Positions 54,401-64,000 of a stretch of 64,000 bases of DNA are shown here, piece after piece. Position numbers and translations under genes: made by a program. The notes beneath the pieces were generated by a model, which worked only from the letters and a program-made list of their open reading frames with translations, was not told where the DNA came from and did no database searches. How positions within the stretch are numbered: position 1 is the first letter of the stretch; each line of letters opens with the position of its first letter. Source of the DNA: Eledone cirrhosa (Eukaryota); NCBI GenBank assembly GCA_964016885.1, contig OZ024751.1, positions 26,412,001-26,476,000 of the forward strand. The letters run 5' to 3'.

Positions 54401-57068
54401 TGAGACACCATGCTTTACAGCATGGAGCTATGGCCCTTTACGTTCTGAGTTCCAACCCCGCCGAGGTTAACTTCATACTTACGGGCTCGATAAAATAAAG
54501 TACCAGTAATGCACTGGGATAATTGCTGGCCTTGTGCCAAAAGTAGAAACAATTATTTAATAATAAGATTAGTTAAATTACTAAATTCCACCCCTAATCC
54601 ATTCCTTGATTTAGTAACAAGATGGTTATTTGTCAAAGCCCTTTTGTCAGTTTTGAAAATCCTCGACTGTTTTTCATTAGAAATATGGTAAGAAAAGGGT
54701 TAAATGTAGGATTATTTAATGGAAAGCTACTGTGATAATCTGGCCCTGCATCTCAAACATACTCTACACCATCTCTTTTTTTAAAACACACTTGCTAGAA
54801 TTAACAGCCAAATCTCCCTAAAACCACACCTTACCCAACTTAACTCAGTGTCCTGTACTGCAAGAAACCACATTAGCAAGATATTCTTGAAAAGAACAAA
54901 ATAGTATTAAGATTGCATTACATTAAAAATTGAAGTCTTCACCCTAATACTACAAATCATAACAATGTGTCTGCAAGATAATAGAAGCATTTCGATTAAT
55001 AAACACATTAAAAATAATTTTCTGCTAAATTATTACTTTATGTTAAGAGTTAAAAAATGACAAGGCACATTGGATAGTGTAGTCCTAGATACACTATGTC
55101 TGAAAATAAATGAGATAGTCGTAGCTGGAATGCCTTTAATCAAAGGTATTCTTGAATAACAATTTCTATCAACCACATAATGAGGGAGCCTCAATGTGGT
55201 GTTTGAACATGCTAAAAATAACAGCCATATCTCACATCACATAATTTAAGGAGAAGGATTACATTACATAATGTAATTGTAGATAACTCTGAAAGATGGT
55301 CATTGTTGGAACACTTAATTATAGACTTGTTTGACCAAGGTTGGTCTAATGTTAAACATCAAAAACTAACAATTTCCACCAACTACACAAGTGTGATTGT
55401 GGCTGTTCAATCTATTAGAAACAGCAGCCATATCTCTCTCAAATCCTACTTCATCATCTTAAACATAGGAAGGACACATTAGCAAATGTAGTTCTAGACA
55501 GCTCTCAAAGAAGACGAGATAGTCATGGTTGGAATGGTCTGCTTGATCTGTGTTGACCAAAAGCTAAACACCACCACCCAACAAGTCACTAAAGATTTGG
55601 TGATGATAAAATAGGAGCAAGCTTTTACAAACCTCTTTCTGTGCCCGATACATGGCCCCTAATGCTTGGGTGTCATGAGGGTTCTTCTGCAGTTTCTTCA
55701 CAGCATTCATACGTTCAGTCATTATTTGAGTGATATTCACGTCCTGTAACAACACATATAAACATTGTATGTAAAGTTATGTTATGCCTCAGCATATTAT
55801 TTTTTCTGTTAACCTGATAAATACATATGTATACCTTATACATACATTATCTTATATTAATGGTTTTGATACCAAACCACCTGAAACCACCCTGGTTCTA
55901 TAATATAAGATTGTTTGTTTTGAAGCGTTTATATTTATCTGAAAACTTTCCATTATAATTTTATGTATCTTGTATTAAGTTATGTTCCAAACACCAGCTT
56001 AATCTCTTGAAATATGTTAACAAAAGAGTTAAAAATGTGATGGCCATACATCCTTTGTTCTCATAAGCCATTGATCTAGTTTTCTTAACAAGAACCAGTT
56101 CAGAACATGGTACCCTGCCAAAGGCCATCTTCAAGTTAAATTCTAGGTATAGTGTCATGCTCTTAGCTAAGAACTTCTATGGTTGTTTCACTAAGAAGAC
56201 GATAACAATGTTACTGTCCCAGAAATGACATCTCATCTAACTTAATTCTCTTCTTAGTTAGCTATGACATTTTCATAATCTGGTCTATCAATTTAATGCC
56301 TCTGTAATTTCTAGACCATCTCCTCTGCCCTTGATGATACTGCTGCTACACCAGTTATTGGGGATAACTTGGTATTTCCCTGATAGTCAGAGACTAACAA
56401 CAGCCATACAGCTATTTTCAACATCTCAGTAACTATCCTACTGATTCTACTGCTTGTCTTCAATGAGGTAGGACAATACCGAAAAGGATTCTATCCAACA
56501 TCTTAATGACTCTGCCAATTCACTGCCATTATATCATCATCATCACCATCATTTTCCCTGCTTGCAAGGGTGTATGTGTGTGTGTACCATCATCATTTTA
56601 TGCCTAATTTCCATGTTGGTATGGGTTGGACAGTTTGTCACAGTCTGAGACAAAATGGATTAAATAACCATGCCTAGTTTATGTGTGTCACATTTTAGCA
56701 TGGTCACTATATCTAGGTGCCGTTCCTAAAGTCAACTACTTTACAGAATAATTGAGTGTGTTTTATCAAGGTTCCTCTATATATGTGTCATGTTGACAGA
56801 TATGAGAGTGAGTACTCAAAACAAAAGTAGAGTTTAAAAGTTTAGTCTTTATTATGTCTAAGTGATGAGAGTTGTTACTCTGAAGTTACACCTGTGTACT
56901 CACAGATGAAATGTCAGACTCATCACTTAGACATAAGACTATATATAAGAGATGTAAATTCTTGAGTTATGTTAAGAAAGGTTCTCAATACATTGAGTGT
57001 AGGTATTTCTATTATATATAGAAATGACTTCTACAGGACTACAACTGTTTCATTCATATGAATAGAAG

Positions 57069-57102
<34 letters not shown>

Positions 57103-60100
57103 ATCCCAGTGAATGTTATTACCTGTTCACTGCAGTCAGGAAAGACTTGATCTGAATTAGAGTTTGTATCCACGGACTGGGTTGCTGCTTTACCATTTCT
57201 CCCTGTGGCATTAGCAGGGTAATACGGTGACTGAGAGGTTGATGTAGGTGTTTTCTGAAAGCCCAATTGGCCTGTAGTTGACTGAAGTTCTTTAGCACGA
57301 TGTTGGCTGCCACTGGACACCGGGAATTGGAGCCTTAATGGAGAATCTTTGATCATTTCTTGAGGAGAGGGTAGTTGGTGAGATTTGTTATTCTGAAACA
57401 AAAAAAACAAAAAAAAAAATTTTAATAATTTTAAACAACATTGACAACTGTTGATGCAGATAATTTATCATACAGACATGTTTAGGGGGTGAGAACAGGC
57501 AGGATTATCATCATCATTTTACGTTTATGTATATATATATAGTAAAGTGGTCATGTAGGTGTCACAGCAAAAAGCACCCAATCCAGACTGTAAATGAGGT
57601 TGGAGCTAGGAAGGGCATCCTGCTGTAGAAACAAAGCCAAAATTGGTTTGTATGAGTATGACATGGCCACCTGACCCAGCATTGGTCACAACAGGATAAC
57701 TCGCCTAACTCATGCTAGAGCGGAAAAATGGACGTTAAAGAGTGATGATGATGATAAGAGTGATGATGATGATATATGTGTGTATAATTATATGTATATC
57801 ATCATTATTAACACTGATTTTATGACCGATTTTCATACTGGCATGAGTTGGACAAGACTCTTTAAGGTAGAATTCTAAGGCTCAATGTCTTTACTGATGC
57901 CAATCCTAAGTTTTTTTTAGAGATACACATCTTCAGATGTCTATCCTGATTTGTGGGATTTCAGTTTAGGCAGGACATAAACAAATACCATCACTAGTAA
58001 TGTAAAATTTGAAGTGAAGAGACATACAAATACATAGGTACACTCATATTATACTATACAAAGTTTTGACATAGTTTTAATAGTTGGATGTCCTTTTTGT
58101 TCCCACTGTACAATGTGGACTGGGAGAATTTTATTGTGCCCCTAGCACTAGAGAAGTTACTTTGCTGTGTTTAAAAATGAGGAAAAAAGTACTCAATACA
58201 TAAAGTAGAGTGTTTATATTTTATCAGAAGCTGAAGGTTCTTGAATTGTAATCCAGTTTCATGTTTCTGTATTGGAGAAAACCCATCTAATCTGTTTATA
58301 GTTAGAAGAGATGAACATTAATAAGTGTCTTTCCTGGCCAGAGACACAACACATTGATGGGATGGTATGAAAGTATGGCAGCATTTCTAAATCTTTTTAA
58401 TACCAAACCCCTGAAACAGCCCCTGGTTCTCCAATACTGTTGTATTAAAGTGTCTATATTTACCCTTTTAATACTAAACCCCATGAAACTACTCCTGGTT
58501 CCATAATTGTTTCTACTTTTTGGCACAAGGCCAGCAATTACTCAGTACATTACTGGTACTTTATTTTATCGATCCCGTAAGGATGAAAAGCAAAGTTAAC
58601 CTCGACGGGATTTGAACTCAGATCATTGGTTCCATAATATGAGGCTGTTTATTCTAAAGTGTTTATCTATATACAGAAATGGCAATTTCTGTGTTTGTTT
58701 GTGAACCTAAAACTCAAAAACTATCAAACCGAGCTTGATGAAACTTGACATGTGTGTGGGGCTTATGCCCATTTGATTTTTTACGTATATTTCATTTTAA
58801 CCAAAGGGGCTCCCGGGGGCTCAAACCCCCGCAGAAAATATTTTCCCTTTAATTTATATGAAATTTAAACCATAGGTAAATGACAAGATATGATGTCTAT
58901 TCACAAAATTTCAGCAAATTTCAATAATATTAAGACACCCTAATGGGGATTCTATTTTTTTCTTTATAGCAACACCCAACTTCTCTGACAAACATTTTTT
59001 CACCTGACCAATGCAATCAACAATATTTGTTTGTATTATTGTTTCATAAATGAATTTGTCTTCGCTTTTGATTATCTGTCCTATATTTTGATTTCATTTT
59101 TGGTCTGAGAGGCATTGGGCATTTTAATGGGAACTGGGAATACCCCCGCTCCCGAGTATTACCGGGTACCTCAGCTAGTATTTATATAAGAACCAGCCAT
59201 CATAATTTTATGTAAGAAGTTTTCTTACATAAAATTATAACGGCATGTTTCAAACATCAGTTTAATAATGAGAAAGTTATATTTCTAAATCCTCCCAATT
59301 TTTTTTATTTATTTTCAAAACTATTTGAAAATCTAATCTATTTTTCAGTTAGCTTAGTAACTGGATGACTGTTTGTCATATTCATTAGCTTAATAATGAG
59401 AAAGTTATATTACTAAATCTCTCCAAATTCATAATTATTTTCAAATTGTCTTTCATTAGAAATATGGTAACAAAAGGGTTAAAAAAGCTTGCGATATCAA
59501 GAGACTTTCATTTTAAAGCATGACTTACCTTCATGTTTAAAATAGCACTCCTAGCAGCCAGGACTATATCTGGTCGTTTGAAAGGATGGTTTAGCTCAAT
59601 AACTTCTTCTTCAGGTTTTTTAGAGTCAGACAAAGGATTATCAGAGCTTGACTCGTGTTCCTTCTGTGATATCTGTTTACAATAATCTGTTTAAAAAACA
59701 ACAAAATCTTATACAATATATTACATGTAGACAAAGTAAGGCAATATATTACATGTAGACAAACTAAGGCAATATATTACATGTAGACAAAGTAAGGCAA
59801 TATATTACATGTAGACAAACTAAGATATATAATTTATTTCTTCTTTTTACTCAAGATAAATATAATGATGCCTATGATGGGGATCAAAGGGCTAACCTCT
59901 TTTTTAGCAGGGAAAATGATTTGAACACACTTATGTACCCTACTGTGAAATCATGGAAAGAAGGGATCCCTTTATTAGGGGCTCAGAGACTGGTGGAAGG
60001 GAAGCAAGGTATCTAAAAACCCTATCAATTAGAACAAACATCACAAAACATTTTAGTCCTATGCTCTAATGACCCTACCGATTCACATTTTGCTTCTAGA

Positions 60101-63100
60101 AGTTGAATAATCAATATACACAGTCAAATGTAATCAGTTTAGAATAGGTACACTATATCCTTGCATGCATATATATAATCTTAAACTGTGGTTCTGTAAC
60201 TGTCCCTTCCTCAGAGTGGTGCCATCAAATGCCAGGCTCCCACACTGTGGTTCCACACCTGTCCCTTTCTCATTACGGTGACATCCAGTACAGGGCCCCA
60301 AAACTCTGGTAATGTTCTGAGATTGGTTTGGCGCGGCCAACTGACCTGTCCCTCCTCATAACGGAGCTTTCCAGTTTCACACTGTAAATGTGGTTGGTGT
60401 TAAGAAGGGCATCCAGCTGTAAAATACCTGGCCAAATTTGTACCAGTATTTTACACTAGTCTACCAACACTATACACCCTAGTAGTCTACCAACACTATA
60501 CACCCCAGTACAGTCTACCCACACTATACACCCCAGTAGTCTACCAACACTATACACCCCAGTACAGTCTACCAACACTATACACCCCAGTACAGTCTAC
60601 CAACACTATACACCCCAGTACAGTCTACCAACACTATACACCCCAGTACAGTCTACCAACACTATACACCCCAGTACAGTCTACCAACACTATACACCCC
60701 AGTACAGTCTACCAACACTATACACCCCAGTACAGTCTACCAACACTATACACCCCAGTAGTCTACCAACACTATACACCCTAGTAGTCTACCAACACTA
60801 TACACCCTAGTAGTCTTCCAACACTATACACCCCAGTACAGTCTACCCACACTATACACCCCAGTACAGTCTACCAACACTATACACCCCAGTACAGTCT
60901 ACCCACACTATACACCCCAGTAGTCTACCAACACTATACACCCCAGTACAGTCTACCAACACTATACACCCCAGTACAGTCTACCAACACTATACACCCC
61001 AGTACAGTCTACCAACACTATACACCCCAGTACAGTCTACCAACACTATACACCCTAGTACAGTCTACCAACACTATACACCCCAGTACAGTCTACCCAC
61101 TCTATACACCCCAGTAGTCTACCAACACTATACACCCCAGTACAGTCTACCAACACTATACACCCCAGTACAGTCTACCAACACTATACACCCCAGTACA
61201 GTCTACCAACACTATACACCCCAGTACAGTCTACCAACACTATACACCCCAGTACAGTCTACCAACACTATACACCCCAATACAGTCTACCAACACTATA
61301 CACCCCAGTACAGTCTACCAACACTATACACCCCAGTACAGTCTACTAACACTATACACCCCAGTACAGTCTACTAACACTATACACCCCAGTACAGTCT
61401 ACCCACACTATACACCCCAGTAGTCTACCAACACTATACATCCCAGTACAGTCTACCAACACTATACACCCCAGTACAGTCTACCAACACTATACACCCC
61501 AGTACAGTCTACCAACACTATACACCCCAGTACAGTCTACCAACACTATACACCCCAGTACAGTCTACCAACACTATACACCCCAGTACAGTCTACCAAC
61601 ACTATACACCCCAGTACAGTCTACCCACTCTATACACCCCAGTAGTCTACCAACACTATACACCCCAGTACAGTCTACCAACACTATACACCCCAGTACA
61701 GTCTACCAACACTATACACCCCAGTACAGTCTACCAACACTATACACCCCAGTACAGTCTACCAACACTATACACCCCAGTACAGTCTACCAACACTATA
61801 CACCCCAATACAGTCTACCAACACTATACACCCCAGTACAGTCTACCAACACTATACACCCCAGTACAGTCTACCAACACTATACACCCCAATACAGTCT
61901 ACCAACACTATACACCCCAATACAGTCTACCAACACTATACACCCCAGTACAGTCTACCAACACTATACACCCCAGTACAGTCTACCAACACTATACACC
62001 CCAGTACAGTCTACCAACACTATACACCCCAGTACAGTCTACCCATGGTTATGTTATTAGAAAAGTTCTTACTTATTAACTCTTCAACAGTTTTCCCACC
62101 AGCTCGTAATGATGCAATATCTTCCTTAGCGGCAGTTCCTGATTTAATTAGTTTCTCACTGAAAAGACAACATATATATATATTATACACACACACACAC
62201 ACATATATATATAATATATATGTATATATACACCAAACATATATGTCAACAATCATTAACAATAATGAATCATTATTATTATTAATTGTTCAAATTTGTT
62301 TGCACACAAAACACACATACAAACACACACACCAAGACACATGCACACAGATACACCAAGACATACACACAGACACACAAAGACATACACACACACACCC
62401 CAAGACGCATGCACACACACACCAAGACATACAGAGACACACCAAGACGCATACACAATGTTTTCGTCCTGTAGAGTCATGATTTTCATGTAAACCCTTT
62501 GCGATTAATAAAGAATGCATTATTATGACGGTGGATTGGCAGTATTGGTAGAGGGTCGGACACCATGCTTTCTAGCATAGAGTTACGGCCCTTGCCATTC
62601 TGAGTTCAAATCCCGCCGAGGTTAACTTTGCCTTTCATCCTTACGGGGTCGATAAAATAAAGTACCAGTAATGTACTGGGTAATTGCTGGCCTTGTGCCA
62701 AAAGTAGAAACAATTATATATATATATATATAAAATAAAGGACCAGTAATGGTGGTGGTGATGATATCCAGAAGCAAACTACACATATGTGCTATATATT
62801 AAATAGTTTCACTGCAGTAATGTGTAACTTTAGTGATATCACACAGATAAAGTGGTGTTTGTGTATCTACCAACAGTGATATCACACAGGTAAAGTGTTG
62901 TGTATCTACCAACAATGATATCACACAGATGAGATGTGGTGTTGTGTATCTACCAACAGTGATATCACAGAGATAAAGTGTTGTGTATCTCCCAACAATG
63001 ATATCACAGATAAAGTGTTGTGTATCTACCAACAGTGATATCACACAGATAAAGTGTTGTGTATCTCCCAACAATGATATCACAGATAAAGTGTTGTGTA

Positions 63101-63442
63101 TCTACCAACAGTGATATCACACAGATAAAGTGTTGTGTATCTCCCAACAATGTTATCACAGATAAAGTATTGTGTATCTACCAACAGTGATATCACACAG
63201 ATGAGATGTGGTGTATCTAATACTTATGTTACAATATGGTATGTAACATTGACCAAGAGTGGTAAGACACATGTATATCCATTATGAGAAGTGTTGTTGT
63301 CAATACTTACACTGCAATAGTATGTAACTTTACTTTATCTATGGATAATCTGTCTTCTTTTGTCACTGGTTTCTCTTTCTCTGTTGTCGAGGAATGGTTG
63401 TTGTCTGTGTTATAAGACCTATGTCGATTTGACGTTCTGTAT
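51289..63442 (-). CDS. SON: SON DNA/RNA-binding splicing cofactor, 3' part (10 exons; 5' end beyond window)
   Basis: Spliced peptide contains IDKVKLHTIA, GGKTVEELINYCKQIS, NHPFK, QFPVSSGSQHR, PGLFTGSTG..QAWAKK, G-patch GGIGMHLLQKMGWREGEGLGK and dsRBD GKHPVSALVEL..GPDHKKTF, in the same order as the SON C-terminus. Confidence 0.93.
51428..51790 (+). mobile_element. Degenerate RTE-clade LINE fragment with internal ~52-bp duplication
   Basis: YGSETWAM... and later RWLGHVLRK-like sequence. Confidence 0.6.
51862..51977 (-). CDS. SON: SON exon, dsRBD N-terminal half
   Basis: KHPVSALVELSNKLKWGAPIFQQIEERGPDHKKTFKYK. Confidence 0.93.
52113..52178 (-). CDS. SON: SON exon
   Basis: LTSHGEDPKKSQAVELAKHISG; phase 1/1. 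Confidence 0.87.
52230..52620 (+). mobile_element. Internally deleted mariner transposon relic
   Basis: TIR-like ggaggtatcaaaaggtttctggac; RANMKFCVQLGNSATETLCMLQQAHGD and KSMLIIF..IRGIVH mariner transposase motifs. Confidence 0.75.
52680..52827 (-). CDS. SON: SON exon, G-patch domain
   Basis: QQIINAAPVKGGIGMHLLQKMGWREGEGLGKNSKGPTEPIIVNVKIDRKG. Confidence 0.94.
53486..53608 (-). CDS. SON: SON exon
   Basis: LNRWAQSKQLPGLFTGSTGAKVMTLEELNGPDKKVQAWAKK. Confidence 0.92.
53911..54107 (-). mobile_element. piggyBac-like MITE (same family), unexpanded copy
   Basis: ttaaccctttaggatttaaac...taaatgctaaagggttaa. Confidence 0.82.
55633..55743 (-). CDS. SON: SON exon
   Basis: DVNITQIMTERMNAVKKLQKNPHDTQALGAMYRAQKE. 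Confidence 0.92.
57123..57392 (-). CDS. SON: SON exon
   Basis: NNKSHQLPSPQEMIKDSPLRLQFPVSSGSQHRAKE...DQVFPDCSEQ. Confidence 0.92.
58666..59178 (+). mobile_element. Non-autonomous Helitron-like element nested in a TTAA-family MITE
   Basis: A|TCTAT...cccgagtattaccggg hairpin...CTAG|T; flanks rejoin to aaagtgttta-tatttat, as in the uninterrupted copy near 35545. Confidence 0.8.
59529..59686 (-). CDS. SON: SON exon
   Basis: NYCKQISQKEHE...EEEVIELNHPFKRPDIVLAARSAILNMK; donor GTAAGT. Confidence 0.9.
60455..62046. repeat. Minisatellite, 28-bp unit (26-bp variants) x ~57
   Basis: cagtctaccaacactatacaccccagta. Confidence 0.95.
62073..62158 (-). CDS. SON: SON exon
   Basis: EKLIKSGTAAKEDIASLRAGGKTVEELI; donor GTAAGA. 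Confidence 0.88.
62528..62720 (+). mobile_element. SINE family B, full length
   Basis: Colinear with 17582-17785. Confidence 0.85.
62830..63220. repeat. Minisatellite, ~38-40-bp unit
   Basis: gtgatatcacacagataaagtgttgtgtatctaccaaca. Confidence 0.92.
63311..63442 (-). CDS. SON: SON exon (first visible)
   Basis: YRTSNRHRSYN...KEDRLSIDKVKLHTIAV; donor GTAAGT. Confidence 0.8.
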
Positions 63443-64000
63443 CTGAAAATATAACAAGTCTATTAGTTTGGTGGCAACAACAATGATAAATGTATCAGAA
63501 TATCAGTATTATGTCCAGCTTAACCCTTTCATCACCGTATTTTCAATGAAACCCACTGCCTAGGATTTTCAATTAATTTTGAAATTAGTAAAATAATTAC
63601 TATCTCATTATTAACCCTTTTTAGAAAAAGAGTTAATAATTGTTTCTACTTTTGGCACAAGGCCAGCAATTATCCCAGTGTAATAAAGTACCAGTAATAC
63701 ACTGGGATAATTGCTGGCCTTATGCCTTTTAAAATGGATGATTTTGTTCCATAGAAACAGAGCCAGTTTTAGCTGGGTTGGTCTCAAAAGGGGTTAAACT
63801 GTTGTATGAAATATAACAGAACACAAGTTTCTTACATAGAATTATGGTGGAAAGTTAAAATTTAAATATAAACACTTTAAAACAAACAGCATTGGATCAT
63901 AAAACCAGGGGATGATTTCAGCAGCTTGGTATCAGATTTTTTATTTTACGGCATGTAAAATGTGGTTAGGTATTCCAGACATGTGTACACTTAATTCTAA

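Overview
Eukaryotic, AT-rich, repeat-dense DNA. The SINE families and microsatellite load suggest an octopus (coleoid cephalopod) genome; this is an inference. Two minus-strand genes can be rebuilt by hand, with GT-AG boundaries and consistent phases. (1) A complete CFAP61 gene: 29 coding exons, ATG at 44176, TAA at 3237-3239, 3609 nt, about 1202 aa, with an RFX X-box near a probable non-coding first exon. (2) The last 10 exons of a SON orthologue (G-patch plus dsRBD; TAG at 51289-51291; 5' part outside the window). Introns carry tRNA-derived SINEs, RTE, CR1, L1-Tx1 and Penelope fragments, piggyBac-, hAT-, Tc1- and Helitron-type non-autonomous elements, a 5S rRNA-derived copy and more than 25 unrelated minisatellites. 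The long ORFs in the ORF track are repeat artefacts. The best leads are: private satellites sitting against exon edges, two of which multiply the splice acceptor; fold-back palindromes centred on (TA)n; a near-identical inverted SINE pair bracketing an in-frame 294-nt exon pair; a 5S-headed SINE-like chimera; and a degenerate hammerhead motif. None of these is an established new system; all need data outside this window.
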